A DNA stretch of 64,000 bases, taken from NCBI GenBank assembly GCA_965279515.1, contig CBDIID010000003.1, forward strand, positions 2,880,001-2,944,000. The letters are read 5' to 3'. The stretch comes from Turneriella sp. (GTDB lineage Bacteria > Spirochaetota > Leptospiria > Turneriellales > Turneriellaceae). Within the stretch, counting starts at the first letter, position 1, and each line of letters begins with the position of its first letter. The notes under the pieces are model-generated. The model searched no databases. It worked only from the letters and a program-made list of their open reading frames with translations, and was not told the DNA's origin. Shown here one piece after another: positions 1 to 8,132 of this stretch. A program made the position numbers and the translations under genes.

Positions 1-1
1 C

Positions 2-478
2 GGAAAAATCTTCATCAACGATTTCCACGGCGGCACATTTTTCGCCCGCATCTACGTTACCGGTAAACAATTCGAGGGCGGCGTGCTCGAGTTGGATGCC
101 CGCCCCTCAGACGCCATTGCGCTCGCGGTACGTTTCCGCTCGCCGATTTACGTGGCAGAACATGTCTATGACCGCACGGCGATTGACCCCGTCACATTAC
201 GCGAAGCCGACGGCGATGCCATACGCGCCTCGCAGGAAAGCACGGTCGACGATATATTAACCGCAGACGAGCGCGAAGAATTCTTCGAGGCGATTCTCGA
301 AGAGTTCGGCGAGAAGAAAAAAGCACCGAAAGAGAAAAAAGAAACCACGCTCGAAAAAGTGAAATTCTTTTCACGCACCGAAGTGTTGCAGCAGATGTTG
401 AAGACAGCATTGGACCGCGAAAAATACGAAGAAGCGGCCCGTTTGCGCGATGAGCTGAGATCAGAACCAAATAACTAA
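2..478 (+). CDS. Bifunctional nuclease (DUF151) with C-terminal UvrB/C motif; 5'-truncated by window edge
   Basis: Frame open from base 2 (KIFINDFHGGTFFARI...ELDARPSDAIALAVR...PIYV); C-terminal LKTALDREKYEEAARLRDEL UVR motif. Confidence 0.85.
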   Translation, partial: GKIFINDFHGGTFFARIYVTGKQFEGGVLELDARPSDAIALAVRFRSPIYVAEHVYDRTAIDPVTLREADGDAIRASQESTVDDILTADEREEFFEAILEEFGEKKKAPKEKKETTLEKVKFFSRTEVLQQMLKTALDREKYEEAARLRDELRSEPNN

Positions 479-598
479 CGCCGCGCTGGCTCGGCTGTTG
501 GCTGGTTGGTTGTGAAAGCCTTGAAGGCGGACGTTGCAGTTTCTTTGAGGTTCTCGAAATCTCATATTACTGGTGATGGCCGTTAGGGGCCCCTGAAT

Positions 599-1480
599 AT
601 GATACGAAAAATCTTTAATCTAAATACAATCTCCGTTACCGGATGGTTCATCGGTGTTTTGGGTCTGGTGACATCGTTTTATTTCTATTACGAATCAGTG
701 AAGGCGCGCGAGCCTTATTTTCTTACTGCAGAAAGCGCCGTTCCGTTAACAGAGATATTTGATACGGGCAAGCAGACGACGAAGAGATCTAACCAGATTT
801 CCGTCTTTTGGCGCACCAATGAGAATAAGATGACGGAAATTACCGGTAATATTTACGTCCTAAGGGTTTACTTTTGGAACAACGGAAAAGAGTCAATCAA
901 GCAAGAGAATCTATTGTCGCCAATGACAATCTTCTCAGAAAATCCAGCAAACAGGCTATTAAGTGCGAATCTGATCAAGGCATCCCGGCCGGAAATTAAT
1001 GCAGTAAAAATCTCTCAAAACGGCAAAGAAAATTCCATCAATTTTCAATTTCGGATTTTGGAGCAAAAAGAAGGCTTTTGTGCTCAGATTATTTATGTAG
1101 GACATTCCGATCATAAAATTAAATTCAGAGGTGAAATCGAAGGTGTTACTCAAGTCACAACAGATAATCGCAGCAGCATTTTGACACGAACCGCAATTGG
1201 CATTGGCCTTTTAATAGCCATATTTGTAATCGGTGCAATAGTCGTTTTGGGTTTTCTTTTTTTGTTTTACAAGACAGTCTTGCAAATCCTTCGCCTATTA
1301 TTTAGATTATTCAAGAAAAAGCTTTTTGCTCGTTGGCATAAGTCTGTTAAAAAGAACCCGGAAGCTCTCTTTAGCATAACCATGATTCTTGGCGCCATAA
1401 TTATGCTTGTTCATATGCTGGCCACAAGACTACCTATCGAATCCGCAAGCATCCCAGAGTCGATTCGAATTGAGAAATAG
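599..1480 (+). CDS. Hypothetical membrane protein (N-terminal TM, soluble domain, two C-terminal TMs)
   Basis: 293-aa AT-rich ORF with three hydrophobic stretches; no family recognised. Confidence 0.7.
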   Translation: MIRKIFNLNTISVTGWFIGVLGLVTSFYFYYESVKAREPYFLTAESAVPLTEIFDTGKQTTKRSNQISVFWRTNENKMTEITGNIYVLRVYFWNNGKESIKQENLLSPMTIFSENPANRLLSANLIKASRPEINAVKISQNGKENSINFQFRILEQKEGFCAQIIYVGHSDHKIKFRGEIEGVTQVTTDNRSSILTRTAIGIGLLIAIFVIGAIVVLGFLFLFYKTVLQILRLLFRLFKKKLFARWHKSVKKNPEALFSITMILGAIIMLVHMLATRLPIESASIPESIRIEK

Positions 1481-1552
1481 CCAACGACATCTAAAGAAAT
1501 TTACCTGCAGCGCGTGCTGGAGTGCCTCGGGCAGATTGATTGTCATAGAATG
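1478..1552 (+). repeat. attC-like element E0 (degenerate)
   Basis: TAGCCAACG-N16-ACCTGCxGC with the same spacing as the element after 6215; ACCTGC pairs imperfectly with GCAGAT (1531). Confidence 0.45.
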
Positions 1553-1635
1553 ACTTTACGGAGCACGAAATTGAACAAAGAGTCACCCGTCATCAGCTAT
1601 ATGCCACCTTATCTCGAATAAGGCGCTAATATGTC

Positions 1636-2628
1636 ATGAAGAATACGTTGATTATTACAGGAGCTGGCTCAAATACAATTTATGGATTTCCTACAGGGAT
1701 GCAGCTACGAACAGGCTTAATTCGGTCTACAACGAGCCTTTGGGATACCTATTTTTCTAGATCGACCGACAAAAATAAATTTCAGATACGGGAAAAGGTA
1801 ATCAAAGAAATTGAAACCTTTACGGAAAAATTTAAGAATTCCAGCTTCAATTCGATCGATAACTTTTTGAATGTCAACCAGGAACTTGGTCCAGTGGGCA
1901 AGTTCGCTATTTTTTTAGCAATATGCAATGCCGAAATGAATAGTAAGTTTCGAGAAGAGTTATCGAATCCTTCGGATGATTGGCTTTTTTGGATATTTAA
2001 TAAATTTATGGCACCTGCGATTATGAGCCCTCATCCCGGTCAAGCCCTAGAACAACTTAACTTCAGATTTATCACTTTCAATTATGATCGGACCCTTGAG
2101 TGGTTTTTTTCCGATTCTATATTGAACGCAATAGCAAGAGATGCAGCTGGCGAATATGTGCAAACGGCTCTGCCTAACCTGCCGTTCTTAGATATTATTC
2201 ACATGTACGGGCGCTTAGCGCCTCTGCCTTTTCAAGAGGTTTTCAATCCATTCCAACCTTATCTACAAAGATCCGCAGTTTTACCCTTTGGTATCTTGCC
2301 CAATGAGCCAATTGGGACATTTACGGGCAATATTCGCCTGATTGGTGAAAGGTTGGCAGCTCAGACGGAAAAGCTTGCGGAAGTTTTCGCATGGGCAGAA
2401 CATATTTTCTTTCTAGGGTTTGGCTTTGACGACCAAAATATTCTTGCGCTTAACCTACGAAATAATCTGAGGCCAAAACATAGTATTTTTGCGACTTGCT
2501 ACGGCCTTGTCGATCGAGAGATTCAAGATATAACAAACTCAATGATTCGATTTGGTTTACCTGGTGAGAAAGTACAAATGTCTACAGAAAGTATCCTCGT
2601 AACCCTTAGGAGGCATATTTCTTTATAG
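1636..2628 (+). CDS. SIR2-like (SIR2_2/AbiH-related) protein, putative NADase defence effector
   Basis: IITGAGSN..YGFPTG, FITFNYDRTLE, IIHMYGRL and IFFLGFGFDDQNI sirtuin-fold motifs. Confidence 0.75.
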   Translation: MKNTLIITGAGSNTIYGFPTGMQLRTGLIRSTTSLWDTYFSRSTDKNKFQIREKVIKEIETFTEKFKNSSFNSIDNFLNVNQELGPVGKFAIFLAICNAEMNSKFREELSNPSDDWLFWIFNKFMAPAIMSPHPGQALEQLNFRFITFNYDRTLEWFFSDSILNAIARDAAGEYVQTALPNLPFLDIIHMYGRLAPLPFQEVFNPFQPYLQRSAVLPFGILPNEPIGTFTGNIRLIGERLAAQTEKLAEVFAWAEHIFFLGFGFDDQNILALNLRNNLRPKHSIFATCYGLVDREIQDITNSMIRFGLPGEKVQMSTESILVTLRRHISL

Positions 2629-2636
2629 CGCTTTAC

Positions 2637-2884
2637 TTCAGAAAACAAAATTTTTCCGCTGCTCGCTGCGGTGCTTAGCTCCTCCGAAGGCGAACACTCG
2701 GCGACCCCTCATCGCGCGTGCTCCCTAAGGGGAGATTCGCTTCGCTCATCGCGGACGACGCGCATACCGGGAGGTGTGTTTTTGCTCATCGCCGCGAGCA
2801 CGTTTTTTGCCGCGAATCGGCTTTACAAAATGACTAAATGGTGCAGGCGTCAAAAGCGTCGATGTAAAATCCACGTTGTCTGAA
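2637..2884 (+). repeat. attC-like element E1 (long, mosaic)
   Basis: Terminal inverted repeat TTCAGAAAAC (2637-2646) / GTTGTCTGAA (2875-2884), 1 mismatch; shares blocks with 4075-4107 and 5434-5510. Confidence 0.65.
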
Positions 2885-3101
2885 ATAATTGCGCTCCATT
2901 GCTTCGTCGCCTTCCGTGGCGACGCGGCGATTCGCCTATCCATATTTATTATCTAAGAACTTACTCCACACGAAAGATCGAGGGGTTCCCGATCCCTACT
3001 ATGTAAAGCCTGTTTTCAAGGGACAGAATGACTCATTTTAGGAAGTTATCGTCGCAAAGGTCTTTTTTTAAGGTTATAAATATATGCAGAAACACCCGAG
3101 A

Positions 3102-4010
3102 ATGAAAAATATCCGGCGAAGTATCTTAATAGGTATGCTGGCACTGGCAATTCCGTGCGCGACGTACGCGCGAACCCCAGAGGCTCGGGTTCCGCGAATG
3201 AACCCCGTGAAGAGCAACACCAACACCAGGAATGAGACAGCAAAAAAATACAATCTCCAACCCACGGAGATCAGTACGACAGTTCAGGAAGCACTGAGCG
3301 GCCGATATAAGGCGCACGTTGGTGATTTAGATCTGAGTGATCTTACCTCATCTGCAGGGTTGCAGCTTCCTGAAATCATTCATGGTACCCTAAACCTCAG
3401 TAGCCTCACGTCAGGCAAGGGGTTAAAGCTACCCAAAATACTTCACGGCAACTTGTTCCTCAGTAACCTCGCGTCAGCGCAAGAACTACAGTTGCCAGAA
3501 TCCCTTCACGGTACCTTGTATCTCAGTAGCCTCACGTCAGACCAAGGGTTGCAGCTGCCTAAAGACTTTCGCGGGGGCTTAGACCTCAGTAGTCTCAAAT
3601 TAGCAGAAAGTTTGCAGTTGCCAGAAACCTTGCACGGTAGCTTATTTCTCACTGCGCTGAGAGCAGCCAAAGGATTGCAATTGCCGAAAACCCTTCACGG
3701 TAGCTTACATCTCAGCGGTCTCGTTTCAGCGAAATGGTTGATCTTGCCAGAAACCGTTCATGGTAACTTATATCTCCCTAATATCTCATCGGCCCAAGGA
3801 TTGAAGTTACCGGAAATCATTCACGGTAGCATATACCTCAGTCGCCTCTCGTCAGCCGAGGGGTTGCAATATCCAAGAACCATAGACGGCCGCATCGATA
3901 TTAGTCGCATCAGGTCAGCCCAAGGACTTCGCCTTCCATCGAGTCTGAAGAACAAGGTGCTGCTGCCGCGCGGAATATCTCCGGAATGGATTCCGGAAGA
4001 TCCTCAGTAA
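3102..4010 (+). CDS. Exported leucine-rich 21-aa tandem-repeat protein
   Basis: Signal-peptide-like N-terminus (MKNIRRSILIGMLALAIPC); ten repeats of HGxLxLSxLxSAxGLxLPxxL; alternative start 3084. Confidence 0.8.
   Translation: MKNIRRSILIGMLALAIPCATYARTPEARVPRMNPVKSNTNTRNETAKKYNLQPTEISTTVQEALSGRYKAHVGDLDLSDLTSSAGLQLPEIIHGTLNLSSLTSGKGLKLPKILHGNLFLSNLASAQELQLPESLHGTLYLSSLTSDQGLQLPKDFRGGLDLSSLKLAESLQLPETLHGSLFLTALRAAKGLQLPKTLHGSLHLSGLVSAKWLILPETVHGNLYLPNISSAQGLKLPEIIHGSIYLSRLSSAEGLQYPRTIDGRIDISRIRSAQGLRLPSSLKNKVLLPRGISPEWIPEDPQ
3318..3947 (+). repeat. Ten in-frame 63-nt degenerate tandem repeats
   Basis: Recurrent cacggta..ctcagt..ttgcag..cc units encoding the 21-aa repeat. Confidence 0.85.
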
Positions 4011-4143
4011 AAACCTGTTGCGAACAATGCGGTGCCGTTGCTCCTTGCGAGGACGGAGACGCGGCTTCGCTTCGTCGCGCGTGCTCCCTAGGGGGAGACT
4101 TGCTTCGTGCGGCGCACTTATGCTCTCACGATGCCCAGCTAAT
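4011..4143 (+). repeat. attC-like element E3 (degenerate)
   Basis: Begins at the stop of the repeat gene; TCGCGCGTGCTCCCTAxGGGGAGAxTxGCTTCG (4075-4107) nearly identical to 2712-2744. Confidence 0.55.
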
Positions 4144-4158
4144 TGACAGTAGGCAAGG

Positions 4159-5115
4159 TCAGATTCTATATCCGATAGAAAAACGGACGCCCACGTCGTT
4201 TGGGAAGATAACTGAGTATTGATAGACGTAAGTCCCTGAGCTATTGATGCTTCCGGCGTAATCTGCCAGCGAATATGAATCCGTAAAATTCGTCGTTGAG
4301 GTTGTTGTTTTCCCGTTCGCATAGGTAGATTTAGAGATTCTTGATTTCCCATTATTTGTTGCCATTGTCAGAAGAACTGACACCGCAACCGAAACATAAA
4401 TTCTACTGGAAATCGCATATTGATATCCTATCCCCAACGCGAGGCCAGGGGCTAAGTTATAACCACTAATCGTTTCGGTTTTGTAGTCTGCAGCAGATGA
4501 GTAAGGGGTTTGAATGGAATGGGACTCCCACTCGCCATTAATATTGAAGGGTAAAATCAAAGCAAAACCCAGATTAGCGAACAAGAGGCCTTGGAACAAC
4601 TCAAACTGAGGCCTTAGCCCCAGCAAAAATGCGTTTGAGGATAGCCGCTCCTGCCCCTGCCCTTCTCCAGTATACATAGCAGGAGAAATAACGTAATAAT
4701 AACTTTTCCCAGACCAGCTGAAACGTCTATGCTCGTACCCTACAACCAAGCCAAGATTCTGATGCCACATATAACCGACATGGATGCCCGTCGTAAATCC
4801 GGCGGTATTTGGATACGCGTAATTAAGCTTCGTATTATTGTCAATTGATGAAAGTGAATTATCCGGACTCGGTGATGTCGGTGCTTGTAAATACCCATAC
4901 TGACCAAAGGCTTCTATGAAAAAGGAGCGACGATCTGGGTTATTCTCCGAGTTCATCGGTGTCGTATGTGGCGCTTCATTGGGTATCGGCCCTTGATCTT
5001 GCCTTTTCTCCTGAGTATCCGTATCTAGCGCCTTCAGAGGCAGGAGGGGTATAAACGCGGCAAAAAAGATAGTCATTGATTGTTTGATAAGCGTTGTCAA
5101 ATTTCGGTTTAGCAT
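4159..5115 (-). CDS. Outer-membrane beta-barrel protein
   Basis: Signal peptide, alternating amphipathic strands, C-terminal VRFSIGYRI Bam-type motif; start uncertain (5115 or 5076; ORF extends to 5202). Confidence 0.7.
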   Translation of the reverse strand: MLNRNLTTLIKQSMTIFFAAFIPLLPLKALDTDTQEKRQDQGPIPNEAPHTTPMNSENNPDRRSFFIEAFGQYGYLQAPTSPSPDNSLSSIDNNTKLNYAYPNTAGFTTGIHVGYMWHQNLGLVVGYEHRRFSWSGKSYYYVISPAMYTGEGQGQERLSSNAFLLGLRPQFELFQGLLFANLGFALILPFNINGEWESHSIQTPYSSAADYKTETISGYNLAPGLALGIGYQYAISSRIYVSVAVSVLLTMATNNGKSRISKSTYANGKTTTSTTNFTDSYSLADYAGSINSSGTYVYQYSVIFPNDVGVRFSIGYRI

Positions 5116-5395
5116 CGCCGATCGCATTTCGCGGCGCAGACATGCTGTCATCTCGTATGACCAGCTATCAATCTTAGATTCGGTGCAAACCAGCCTTGCC
5201 AATAATTGCTCTCCGAAATACGCGAGTAGCTGAAGTCATCATATGGAGAGGCAAGATATTGCGCCTAAGTCAGGAACCGACAACAAGTTATGTTCCGCCT
5301 ATGAATCCTGATTTTCAGCGAGAAAAACCCCAGTGATAGGCAGTTAAGCCCAGGCTTCGCGCACCCCACCTAGCTGCGCCCACAGGCCCAACTAC

Positions 5396-5516
5396 ATCAG
5401 ACAACAAATTTTACGCGCGTCGCCACAATCGCATTTTTTCTACCCGAATCGGCTTTACAAATTGATGAATTGACACGGGGGTCGAGACACGGCAGCGTAA
5501 AAACACATTGCAAGCC
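5396..5516 (+). repeat. attC-like element E2
   Basis: TCAGACAAC, then TTTTACGC (5409-5416) inverted with GCGTAAAA (5495-5502), then ATTGCAAGCC-ATG; 17-bp identity CGAATCGGCTTTACAAA with 2813-2829. Confidence 0.7.
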
Positions 5517-6215
5517 ATGGGCCAAGGTACATTCTATACAATGAAAAGACATAAGAACTTCTTTCGCTATTTGTTTCTCTTAATCATGCTGACCTCCCCT
5601 GGCACCGCCATCGAAGTCATGGCCCTGTCCAAAGGCACCTTGAATGTGAGAGCTGGTTCCCTTGAAAGTAGTAAGATAGTGGGTAAGCTACCCCAGGGTG
5701 CATTGATGAGCCTGCTGGACCGCAGCAAATCTACTTATCAAATCGATAGATTAAAAGATAATTGGTGCAAGATCCGCCATTTACAAACGGAGGGTTGGGT
5801 TTTTTGCGCCTATATCGGCCGGTACTATCGGCAAAAAAAAGACGATTTTGGTCCACGCACTTATTTGCCCGACGAAAGTCAAATTCTGCATGCAAAAACG
5901 ACCCACACAGAACCTCAGGGAGAGAATCGCTCCGTAGGTTCTGAATCATCTACCATCACCACGTATAAGAATGGCATTGTGCACACCGCGATTTCACAGT
6001 ATGAAGGTGGTGAGGATTTGTTTTTTTTTCCGGAAGCAAACTTATATGAAGGCTTCCTCATGATTCAAGGACTTGCGCCAGGCGTAGAAGCTTTGGATTG
6101 GCAAAATCAAAAAATGAAGAATGGCGTGATAGAATTTCAGCATGGAGGCAATGGAACGGTATCCGTGCGACGTAAAGGAAACGGTATAGAGATTCGGTCC
6201 ATATGGGGTGCGTAG
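5517..6215 (+). CDS. SH3 domain-containing exported protein
   Basis: LNVRAG...IVGKLPQG...WCKI...EGWVFCAYI bacterial SH3 signature; start 5517 or 5541. Confidence 0.8.
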   Translation: MGQGTFYTMKRHKNFFRYLFLLIMLTSPGTAIEVMALSKGTLNVRAGSLESSKIVGKLPQGALMSLLDRSKSTYQIDRLKDNWCKIRHLQTEGWVFCAYIGRYYRQKKDDFGPRTYLPDESQILHAKTTHTEPQGENRSVGSESSTITTYKNGIVHTAISQYEGGEDLFFFPEANLYEGFLMIQGLAPGVEALDWQNQKMKNGVIEFQHGGNGTVSVRRKGNGIEIRSIWGA

Positions 6216-6323
6216 CCAACGGCCTACAACAAAACTGACCTGCGGCACCAAACGACCATGTTTGGTGAAAACGCTCAAAATCCAAATCAGCGCGAAACTT
6301 CGGAAGGCCGCAGGTGCCTTCCG
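6213..6323 (+). repeat. attC-like element E4
   Basis: GGCCTACAAC-AAAAC-TGACCTGCGGC; ACCTGCGGC (6238-6246) inverted with GCCGCAGGT (6307-6315); internal CACCAAAC/GTTTGGTG hairpin. Confidence 0.6.
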
Positions 6324-6524
6324 CGAAAAAATCTATGGAGCTTTTTCTACGACGCCCGCTTGCTTGCAATAGAAATCTGCTTTTGCATTGTTCAGGCGGA
6401 GCGTTTAAGAACGCCTTTACAGGCCATTTTCGACCCCTGATTCGATCCGCAAAAGCTCAGGAGCTGCCTATGTTCACGTCAATTTTCCGGAGGAAAACAA
6501 TATGAAGACATAAGGAGTATGTAA

Positions 6525-6965
6525 ATGAAATTTATCCCTATAAAATCCGATTCCCATGAAATCTCGGAATTCAGAAAAGATGATACTGTCGAAGCCGTCG
6601 TAACAAGCGTACTACAAATGTATGACGCGAACGGGCAACCGCCCGCGGAACCCTGGGTTGCCTATCTCTGTGTGCAGAATGACAAAGTGTTAGGTACCTG
6701 CGCCTTCAAGTCGCCGCCGCAAAATGGCCAAGTCGAGATCGCCTACTTCGTTTTTCCCGAATACGAGCGAAAGGGCCTCGGAACCCTGTTTGCCGCTTTC
6801 CTGGTCACCCAGGCACGCCTGACCTCGCCCCAGATGCGCATCACGGCAGAGACGCTGCCAGAAAAGAATGCCTCGACGCAGATACTCGAGCGGCTCAATT
6901 TTGAAAAGCGGGGTGAGTATATGCACCCGGAGGATGGCAGGGTCTGGCAATGGGTACGCCGATGA
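6525..6965 (+). CDS. GNAT family N-acetyltransferase (RimJ/L-like)
   Basis: VEIAYFVFPEYERKGLGT...NASTQILERLNF; AAGGAG RBS upstream. Confidence 0.9.
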   Translation: MKFIPIKSDSHEISEFRKDDTVEAVVTSVLQMYDANGQPPAEPWVAYLCVQNDKVLGTCAFKSPPQNGQVEIAYFVFPEYERKGLGTLFAAFLVTQARLTSPQMRITAETLPEKNASTQILERLNFEKRGEYMHPEDGRVWQWVRR

Positions 6966-7003
6966 CGGACAGCATGTGCCGTCTTCCCTGAGGATTCAGG
7001 TTG

Positions 7004-7040
7004 CCCCTCTCCACACCAGTGGGGAGGGCCAGGGGGTGGA
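7004..7040. repeat. REP-like palindromic repeat
   Basis: CCCCTCTCCAC..GTGGGGAGGGCCAGGGGGTGG, related to the 19987 and 22943-23024 copies. Confidence 0.65.
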
Positions 7041-7376
7041 TTATCTAACCTCTTTTTCCAAGATGGCTTTAATATATCTTTGGTAAGAAGAATAACCTGT
7101 TCTTTTCGCTTTCAGTTTAATTTTCTTCAATACAGCAGGTTTGAACCGAATAGATATCTGTTCCTCACGTTCATGCGGCTTCTTCGCAGGACGGCCCACT
7201 TTCCGGATGCCTGTAGGGCGAAGTCTAAGGTAGGTCTCTTTAGAAACCGGCTTAAAAGACGAGAGCTGAGTTTCCGTTAAATCTGGCAAGTTTTCAAAAT
7301 CATAATCCTTCCAGGAATTTTTCTTCTGCTTTGGTGATTTTGCGCGCAGAGATAATGCGGATTCTTTCTTCATCAT
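7041..7376 (-). CDS. brnA: BrnA-family antitoxin
   Basis: GRP...QISIRFKPAVLKKIK...YQRYIKAIL ribbon-helix-helix C-terminus, downstream of and overlapping brnT. Confidence 0.8.
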   Translation of the reverse strand: MMKKESALSLRAKSPKQKKNSWKDYDFENLPDLTETQLSSFKPVSKETYLRLRPTGIRKVGRPAKKPHEREEQISIRFKPAVLKKIKLKAKRTGYSSYQRYIKAILEKEVR

Positions 7377-7584
7377 TTTCCCTCACTCTGTAACAGTGAA
7401 CAACCAATAAGTGATTTCCTTTTTTCGAGTGCCCAATGGCAATAAATCTCTGCTCTGCAGCGGGCTTTGCATCCTCAGAAAGTAAATAGTCAGATTGTTC
7501 AAAAACCGTGACGGCTTCCTCAAAGCTAACGTGATGATTCTTTTGATTTGAGATATTCTTGGTTTCATCCCATTCATAGAGCAT
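7300..7584 (-). CDS. brnT: BrnT-family ribonuclease toxin
   Basis: YEWDETKNISNQKNHHVSFEEA...EQRFIAIG...LLVVH...IRIISARK. Confidence 0.92.
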   Translation of the reverse strand: MLYEWDETKNISNQKNHHVSFEEAVTVFEQSDYLLSEDAKPAAEQRFIAIGHSKKGNHLLVVHCYRVRENDEERIRIISARKITKAEEKFLEGL

Positions 7585-7628
7585 TTAATTTACGTATATA
7601 CAGTAATTAAACTGGTCTGGATTGTCAA
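7584..7628 (-). promoter_or_regulatory. Sigma70 promoter and palindromic operator of brnTA
   Basis: Minus-strand TTGACA (7628-7623)-17 bp-TACTGT (7605-7600); imperfect palindrome TTTAATTTACGTATATACAGTAATTAAA (7584-7611). Confidence 0.65.
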
Positions 7629-7669
7629 TTTAAATCACTGGTGAGCCAAATGGGTGCGATTGCCCAATC

Positions 7670-8113
7670 CTAAAGTGATTCTGCCAGGCCGATCAGCAGC
7701 CCTTCGGGACCGCGGATGTAACAAAGGCGGTACATATTTTCGTACTGCACCACTTCACCCACCACCTGCGCACCGCGCTGCAGAAGCCTCGCCAACGTTT
7801 CGTCGAGATCGCTGACGTTGAACATCACACGCAGGTAGCCTAAGGCGTTTACAGGCGCCTGGCGATGGTCGGCGATTACAGCTGGTGACAGGAAGCGTGA
7901 TATTTCGAGCCGGCTGTGCCCGTCGGGGGTGACCATCATGGCAACCTCAACATGCTGGTTGCCCAGGCCCGTGACACGCCCGGCCCATTCGCCTTCAATC
8001 GTGGCACGCCCCTCGAGCGTCAGGCCCAGTTCGGTGAAAAAAGCCACCGCCTCGTCGAGAGACTCGACCACAATACCCACATTGTGCATTTGGAGTACTG
8101 TGCTTTTTGCCAT
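7670..8113 (-). CDS. VOC/glyoxalase family protein
   Basis: HNVGIVVESLDEAVAFF...YRLCYIRGPEGLLIGLAE. Confidence 0.9.
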   Translation of the reverse strand: MAKSTVLQMHNVGIVVESLDEAVAFFTELGLTLEGRATIEGEWAGRVTGLGNQHVEVAMMVTPDGHSRLEISRFLSPAVIADHRQAPVNALGYLRVMFNVSDLDETLARLLQRGAQVVGEVVQYENMYRLCYIRGPEGLLIGLAESL

Positions 8114-8132
8114 AGACTTCTTCGCCAGAGGG

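Noticed and set aside
2671..2943. Short ORFs 2671..2883 and 2746..2943
   Set aside because: Lie over non-coding element E1 and have no protein-like features
3318..3947. Regular 63-nt repeats as a CRISPR array or DGR
   Set aside because: In-frame degenerate coding repeats with no unique spacers; no cas genes or reverse transcriptase seen
2884..5214. AATAATTGC(G/T)CTCC at 2884 and 5201 as a target-site duplication
   Set aside because: A 13/14 match that does not coincide with both inferred unit boundaries; may be chance
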